Assembly (NCBI GenBank): GCA_964016885.1
Contig: OZ024741.1
Coordinates: 105,772,001-105,836,000 of the forward strand
Reading direction: 5' to 3'
DNA length: 64,000 nt
Origin: Eledone cirrhosa
Taxonomy: Eukaryota
Shown: positions 56,179 through 64,000 of the stretch, one piece after another
How the letters are laid out: every line of letters starts with the position of its first letter
Position numbering within the stretch: the stretch's first letter is position 1
Position numbers and translations under genes: made by a program
The notes under the pieces: generated by a model
The model's input: only the letters and a program-made list of their open reading frames with translations
What the model was told of the DNA's origin: nothing
Databases searched by the model: none

Positions 56179-56551
56179 TTGTATATATATATATATATAT
56201 ATTGGGGGAAGGGAGAAATTTTTGGATGCTATACCTGACATAATAAAAAACCAAAATACACCCCTAACATTTGTCGGAATATCAATCACGAGAGTAGATA
56301 AATATATAAATACATAAATAAAAAATGATAGAAAAGGAAAAGAAAATTCCTACATTATGTAATATTCCCAGTCACCCCTAAATTTTCCCTAAATTTCAAA
56401 ACCGGGAGGGAAAAGTCCGAGGGTTAAAATCCCAAATGATGGTACCTCAAATACTAGTGTATCCCTTCGCATTACAGTTTAAAGCAATACATATGATCGC
56501 TTTGATGACTCTTATTCGTTTCTAAGGGTCTCGTTTTTTTCTCTTCTTTCT

Positions 56552-56626
<75 letters not shown>

Positions 56627-57232
56627 TAATATATGATAAACATTTACATGTTTTAGTTGCAATTGACTAATAAAATAGTTAGAATGAAATATCTTAATTC
56701 AAATACATATAGTTTGCCTGTACGATCTAAAATATAATAAATCAATACTCACAAACCCATATGGGCAAAAGGCCTTGGTACCTAGACACGTTTAAATTTC
56801 AAAATACAAACTTTTTCCGCAGATCGGTCAGAACTTCAAACTTTAAACATGTTTCACAAAGGATGGTATAATAGTGAAATAATTAATTAATTAGTAGTGA
56901 GTTAATTTTCTGTGTTTATCAATAGGTACCCAGATAAATTAAGTCACTTCACCTCAGAAAAATATCTAAGGTCTGGTTAGCGTAGCGAAAATACACGAGG
57001 TTTTGCACACGACTTATTCCAGTCCTCTAGCCTCCCACACATAGTGCTAGAAATAACAGCCGTTTATATGGGATTACAAATTCAGCTCGACTGAGGGAGC
57101 AGTAATATAACTTAGAGTTTACACTCAATGGGGTCATTTACAATTATTTCAGCTCTAAGAATCGCTTCTGAGCAGTATAAATTAATATATGATAAACATT
57201 TACATGTTTTAGTTGCAATTGACTAATAAAAT

Positions 57233-57685
57233 AGGGTCGATGTGGGGGAGACTATCTTTCTCCCATTTATTCTCCTCATTTAGTAGCCTTTCGTAGTGAC
57301 ACTTCCAAGCTACCTTCTTATCAGCGTCAGTGATGGCAAGTATGCCATCATCATTAAGGACACACTTCTCCCCGACAATATCACGGTTTTCCTTGACACA
57401 TTGCCTAGCAATCCTGAACACCTCACATTTTTGGTCCTCGCGTTGTAGAACATGCTTGAACTTTCTTTCCTCTGCTTCCCTTCTTGCGAAGTACACTTGT
57501 CTCCTAGCTTCCCTCCTGGCCACTTGATAGTCTTCTCTACTTCCCCCATCCCGCCATAATTTCCAAGCCTGCTTTTTGGCCTTAATTGACTCCTCCACCT
57601 TACTGTTCCACCACCATGTTACTCTCCTCCTACCTACAGGCCTGCTCCAGCCACAGACTTCGTCTGCCGCCGTCAGCAGGTTTGT
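57233..57685 (-). mobile_element. RTE LINE internal fragment
   Basis: ADEVCGWSRPVGRRRVTWWWNSKVEE...WKCHYERLLNEEN is homologous to 36618-37307. Confidence 0.88.
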
Positions 57686-58208
57686 ACGTATGTATATATA
57701 TATATATGTGTGTATGTGTGTGCTTGGAATATTTACCAATGGTTGGTATATCGATGAACCTCTGATAGGCTTATACAGAATTAATGGATCTCGTATCGTT
57801 TCCTGTCGTTCGATCACCATAATGTAAATGGTTAAATGTTTCACAAACACTTGTACTCCCTTACTTTAACATACCCCTCCTCCATATACACATACTATGT
57901 GGGCACTCAGTTTGCTAGAAATAACAGCCAATTCTTTCCACCCACCTTAAAAAAAATATTAAGAAAGAACACGATGTCCGATAATGTACTTATTAGATAC
58001 ACCTAAAACGACGGGATGGTCGTGGCTGGAATACCGTTGATCATAATGGAATTCTGTGGTTTAGTCAAGGTTGACCTAGGGCTAAACAACAACAATAACG
58101 TAATCCCCAAGCAGAATCTATAAACAGACTAAAAAACAGCTTGTAAAAAAAAAATGATATTTACCTGATAAAGAGGTAGGAAGCAGCTAGTATTGATTTA
58201 CAACAGGG

Positions 58209-58239
<31 letters not shown>

Positions 58240-58909
58240 TACTGTTGGTTGCTGATGTGTATTGAATTATGATGATAGACTTGTCGAGCATGAAATTAAC
58301 CAGGTTCTTGTTTGAGAAAATGTATCGTTGCAGGTTTTACCTTTGCCCCTCAGGTACAGGAATATTGGTACATGGAACGGGAATATTGTGATGGGACCCG
58401 ACTTTTCCCCGCCCCCCTCGGTCTAGCCCCGCAGGTACAGTCGAGTCCGCTTAAGAGTATACCCTCGGGAATGGAAAATAGTATACTCTTAACCGGACTA
58501 AGTAAAAATATTCCATAGTATTATTATTGTGAGTCTTTCAATGATTAATAATCGCTTTATTATCGTTTAAAATGCAAGTCAACAAAACTCTCTTGCAACA
58601 TTGTAGAGTGAATGTAAAATTTTATAAGCTTCAGCTTTGAGAAACTAGTCTCACCATTTTCCATCGATACTGGAAGTGTGAAAAGGATGCTCAATGCAAT
58701 AGCATCATTTGAGTGATATAAAAAATGTTCCCGATTTTAGAATTATTCCAGTTTATCATTTTTCCGAACTTACAAGGAAAAAATACGTATTTAGAGGTAA
58801 TACCACGTGACAAATCACATTATTCTTTCAAAAGGAAAAGTTTGGCGCCATTTTTCTTTCAAAAGGAAAAGTTTGGCGCCAAAATTCTCTTAGTGTTGCC
58901 TTATACACG

Positions 58910-60892
58910 CTGAGGAAGCGGGGTTATTCCATTGTTGTCAACAACTTACTGGCGAAACAGATCTCTTTGGATTTGTATGTGTGTTATATAGTTATAGAGG
59001 TATTTATTTACGCTTTAATTTATATTTTTAATTATCGACTAGTCTGCCTTTCATAGGTTATAGATTCCATACACTGGTGGTTTTTTCCCTGTTTTATTGA
59101 TAGCGCACTGTATATTCTAGTGAGTTACCTTTTCAACATATTGTATTTTAAAGAACTCAGGATTTCTTCTCCTTTGAGCACATTATTTACAGGGAATGGC
59201 GAGGGTCTATCATCATCATCATCATCAGGTTTAGCGTCCGTGTTCCATGCTTGCATGGGTTTGGACGGGGATTTTCCCACTTGAGGCAAGAGTGGTTGTC
59301 TTGCTCGCATAGGACTGTCTAGCGGGTTTTCTACAGTTGGATGCCCTTCCTAACACCAACCACATTTACAGTGTGGGGCTGGGAGGTTTTTACCGTGTTG
59401 CCTACACGGCCACATTACAGCGTGGACTGTCTGGCGGGTTTTCTACAGCTGGATGCCCTTCCTAACACCAACCACATTTACAGTGTGGGGCTGGGAGGTT
59501 TTTACCGTGTTGCCAACACGGCCACATTTACAGCGTGGACTGTGTGTTTTTTTGTCGTGACACCTACACGATCTCATTTGTTTCGGCCTGGATGTTGTGG
59601 GACCAACATAACTTTACATTGAAAGGGGCGGTGTGGATGGGGTGGAGGTGGTGGGACGGGGGGGGGGGGGGGGTGTTTTGATAGAGATGCCTACTGACTG
59701 TAGTAGGTTTTTACTTTGTATTTAGGTAAGGCGGGTCTTCTCTATTACTGAGTACCGCCAAAGGTCTCGGTCCAGTGACATTGTCTTGGAGAGGTGTAAG
59801 CGTGTGAGGTCGGAATTTATCAGCTCGTCCCATGTTTTTCTGGGTCTGCCTACTCCGTGGCTACCGTCTATCTTTATTGCCCTGCACTTTGTTATACAGC
59901 TGTCGTCTTTCATGCGCATCACGTGACCGTACCAACGTAGCCTTCTCTCGAGTAAACAACATCTGATCCCTCTTATTTCTAATTTTTTCCTTAGTTCGTT
60001 TATGCTTTGCCGTTCACGTATATTACTATTACACATCCAGCGGAGCATGCAAGCTTCGTTCCTCTCTAGTCTGCATATATCCTCTGCACACAATGCCCAG
60101 GTCTCACTGCCATGCAACATTGCTGTTCGTATGCAGGCATCATACAACCTGCCTTTCATTTTTAGGGAGAACCCTTTAGCGGCTAATAGTGGTATAAGCT
60201 CTCTGAACTTTTTCCATCCAGTTCTGACTCTAGCTACTGTACTTTCAGAGCACCCTCCCCCACTGCTGATTTTGTCACCCAGGTAACGGAAGCTGTCCAC
60301 TATTTCTATAGATCCCTCTGCGCAGTTGAAAGAGCTAGTATTTTGTGGGCACTTGCTGCTACTTATTGCACCAGAGCACCGGCCACATGTAAAATCTATG
60401 TTCTTAGTTAGCTTACCTGTGATCCCACTACATCTTTTATGCACCCATACTTTGCATGGCTCCGTTAATTTATCGTGATATTTCGCTCCTTATAACAGTC
60501 TTTCCTATCCCTCTGTTTGGTTGAGCACACTTCTCTTGAGTGGTTTTGGGCTGCCCTTTCTAGCAGCTCGTCCCTCAGAGGCCACTGGTTCACTGCCCTT
60601 AAACATGCTGTGACTTCTCTCTCCCACGTGTAGATGGACAGTCACTTTTAAAATTCTGAGGAACCGGGGTTATTCCATTTCTGTCAACAACTTACTGGCG
60701 AAACAGATCTCTTTGGATTTGTACGCGTGTTATATAGTTATAGAGGTATTTATTTACGCTTTAATTTATATTTTTAATTATCGTGTCTATAGTCTGCCTT
60801 TCATAGGTTATAGATTCCATACACTGGTGGTTTTTTCCCTGTTTTATTGATAGCGCACTGTATATCTCTCTCTAGTGTGTTACCTTTTCAAC

Positions 60893-60896
<4 letters not shown>
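58910..60896 (+). repeat. ~500-bp-period tandem element (1.5 copies) interrupted by an RTE
   Basis: 58910-59140 is repeated at 60656-60895. An uninterrupted reverse copy of the RTE insertion site (gggaat...ctat|ggctccgttaatttatc) lies at about 61852-61918. Confidence 0.8.
59209..60457 (-). mobile_element. Young RTE LINE 3' portion
   Basis: ORF 59722-60444 is open. It is nearly identical to 61989-63225, has a 3' UTR with a ~112-bp tandem duplication, and a (GAT)n tail. Confidence 0.93.
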
Positions 60897-60924
<28 letters not shown>

Positions 60925-60927
60925 ATA

Positions 60928-61187
60928 TATAATAATAAAGAAGAAAGACAGTATCACTTGTTCATCCCTATTTATTTTATTATACTTATTTCGAAGACAT
61001 GTCATTTGTATAATATCTGTCCTACATGTTTTCTTCCGACAAAAATCCATGCAAGATGTAAATATCCGTTGATATGAGATATTCGTTGATATGAGAACAC
61101 GGAGGGCAGATGTTATACAAATGAAATACACATAATAAAATAAATAGGGATGGGCAAATGATACCATCTTTCTTGCTTATTATTATA
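60928..61187. repeat. Diverged fold-back (~110-bp arms) next to (TA)n
   Basis: ataataa...aagaaaga..gtatca.ttg..catccctatttattttattat pairs with ataataaaataaatagggatg..caaatgatac..tctttctt...ttattat. Confidence 0.7.
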
Positions 61188-61988
61188 ACCCGCCGAGGTT
61201 AACTTTGCCTTTCATCCTTATGGGGGTCGATAAAATAAAGTACCAATAATACAGTGGGTAATTGCTGGCCTTGTGCCAAAGTAGAAATAATTATTATAAT
61301 AAAACTCCGGATAAACATAAACTGTTGAGTGTTTGTCATCTCTTATGAAAGAGTGGGCAGATTTTCAATCAACCAACTTTCCTTAGTTGAATAAATATAT
61401 GTATGTATATATATACGTATATTTTCTTTAATATTGCAACATTAAAGGAATATATCCTTCTGAAAGAATCGCGAGCAATTTATAATGTTATTTAAGCATT
61501 GGTAATGTTATTTATGTATATATTTAAAACATATTTGCTATGTTATTCTACTGTAAATTTATTTATATGCTTTGTATATATTATATATACACAAATAATG
61601 AATCTGTATATTAAAACATCGTTTAAATTATTCAATCAGTTTATTGAACAACTAGAATGCTCATCGTCAAGTACTTTATACATATATATATGTGTGTGTG
61701 TGTATGTAATAATCTATATATATGCATGTATATCTATGTGTGTATGTATGTATATATATGTGTGTATGTATATATATGTGTGTGTATGCATATGAGTTGT
61801 GTATGTATATATATATATGTGTGTGTGTATGTATATATATGTGTGTATGAAGATAAATTAACGGAGCCATAGAGTCGCGTTATTCCCTGTAAATTATGTG
61901 CTCAAAGGGAAAGGAATTCTATACATATTGTATATGTATATATATATGTATATGTGTATATATATGCATGTATATATGTATATGTGTG

Positions 61989-64000
61989 TCATCATCATCA
62001 TCATCATCATCATCAACGTTTAACGTCCGTGTTCCACGCTTGCATGGGTTTGGACGGGGGTTTTCCCACTTGAGGCAAGAGTGATTGTCTTGCTCGCATA
62101 GGGCTGTCTGGCGGGTTTTCTACAGCTGGATGCCCTTCCTAACACCAACCACATTTACAGTGTGGGGCTGGGAGGTTTTTACCGTGTTGCCTACACGGCC
62201 ACATTACAGTGTGGACTGTCTGGCAGGTTTTCTACAGCTGGATGCCCTTCCTAACACCAACCACATTTACAGTGTGGGGCTGGGAGGTTTTTACCGTGTT
62301 GCCTACACGGCCACATTACAGCGTGGACTGTGTTTTTTTGTCGTGACACCTACACGATCTCATTTGTTTCGGCCTGGATGTTGTGGCACCAACATAACTT
62401 TACATTGAAAGGGGCGGTGTGGATGGGGTGGGGGTGGTGGAATGGGGGGTATATTTTGTTAGAGATGCCTACTGACTGTAGTAGTTTTACTTTGTATTTA
62501 GGTAAGGCGGGTCTTCTCTATTACTGAGTACCGCCAAAGGTCTCGGTCCAGTGACATTGTCTTGGAGAGGTGTGTGTGAGGTCGGAATTTATCAGCTCGT
62601 CCCAGGTTTTTCTGGGTCTGCCTACTCCGTGGCTACCGTCTATCTTTATTGCCCTGCACTTTGTTATACAGCTATCGTCTTTCATGTGCATCACGTGACC
62701 ATACCAACGTAGCCTTCTCTCAAGTAAACAACATCTGATCCCTCTTATTTCTAATTTTTTCCTTAGTTCGTTTATGCTTTGCCGTTCACGTATATTACTA
62801 TTACACATCCAGCGGAGCATGCAAGCTTCGTTCCTCTCTAGTCTGCGTATATCCTCTGCACACAATGCCCAGGTCTCACTGCCATGCAACATTGCTGTTC
62901 GTATGCAGGCATCATACAACCTGCCTTTCATTTTTAGGGAGAACCCTTTAGTGGCTAATAGTGGTATAAGCTCTCTGAACTTTTTCCATCCAGTTCTGAC
63001 TCTAGCTACTGTACTTTCAGAGCACCCTCCCCCACTGCTGATTTTGTCACCCAGGTAACGGAAGCTGTCCACTATTTCTATAGATCCCTCTGCGCAGTTG
63101 AAAGAGCTAGTATTTTGTGGGCACTTGCTGCTACTTATTGCACCAGAGCACCGGCCACATGTAAAATCTATGTTCTTAGTTAGCTTACCTGTGATCCCAC
63201 TACATCTTTTATGCACCCATACTTTCCATTTGGGACATAAAATGGAGTTTCTACCTACGCCTTTCCTACACACTGAGCATGGCCACTTCCCGGAAGGGAC
63301 CGCCACCTTATTTTCTTTCTTACAAACTAGAACTTTAGTCTTAGCCAGGTTAATTTTAAGGCCTTTTGATTCTAGGCCGTGCTTCCATGTTTGGAATTTC
63401 TTCTCTAGCTCGGCCATTGATTCAGCTATGAGTGTTAGGTCATCTGCGTATAGGAGTTCCCATGGGCAGCCGGTCTTGAACTCCTCTGTTATAGCCTGAA
63501 GGGCAATAATAAATAGTAGGGGGCTGAGAACAGAGCCCTGATGGACACCAACTTTTACGCTAAACTCTTCACTATATTCGTTGTTAATTCTAACCTTGCT
63601 GACTGCTTCTTTATACATGGCTTGTATAGCTCTCACAAGCCATTCGTCAACACCTAGTTTTCTAAGAGCCCACCAGATAATGGAACGGGGGACTCTGTCG
63701 AAGGCTTTCTCCAAGTCGACAAAAGCTAAGTATAGGGGTTTACTTTTAGCTAGGTACTTCTCCTGTAGCTGTCATACAATGAAAAGAGCGTCTGTGGTAC
63801 TTTTGCCTGACACAAACCCGAACTGCATTTCATCTAGATCAATTCTCTCTCTGATTAGTTGCGCTATTAATTTTTCCGTGACCTTCATGACCTGGTCGAT
63901 TAATTTAATGCCTATCTAGGGCATCTCCTTTACCCTTATAACAGTTAACGATGCTGCTGCTACGCCAGTCCTTCGGAACAACCCCATTCTGTACGACTTG
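61989..64000 (-). mobile_element. Young RTE LINE (RT, PHD-like finger, thumb), extends beyond the window
   Basis: ORF 62521-63714 has EKAFDRVP, GVHQGSVLSP, LLYADD, CSVC..C..HKRC..CGRC, FRYLGD and GRPRKTW. Confidence 0.95.

Noticed and set aside
56621-57234. ~58-bp direct repeat at about 56621 and 57177 as LTRs or TSD
   Set aside because: No TG..CA termini and too long for a normal TSD. It is probably a local repair duplication.

Overview
AT-rich, microsatellite-dense animal DNA, about three quarters transposable-element debris and simple repeats by eye. The SINE and RTE content suggests a mollusc, most likely an octopus; this is an inference. Recognisable elements are an R4/Dong-like RLE LINE, many RTE LINE copies (several with a PHD-type finger), five Penelope-like (PLE) GIY-YIG remnants, a complete 4.15-kb Gypsy LTR element with a 5-bp TSD nested in an RTE, DD37D and DD41D Tc1/mariner remnants, tRNA-derived SINEs and one probable host terminal exon. 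The standout is a 3.46-kb array (29507-32966) of apparently identical 467-bp units, each carrying a canonical minimal hammerhead ribozyme. The array forms two divergent arms that both end in (TA)n at different positions within the unit, which fits a retrozyme-like circular RNA copied by rolling-circle reverse transcription. About ten other two-armed fold-back insertions in (TA)n occur, several carrying hammerhead or variant-core (CAGANGA) motifs next to PLE endonuclease remnants. Together they suggest a Penelope-driven, (TA)n-targeting ribozyme retroelement system. All calls are by eye, and no database searches were run.
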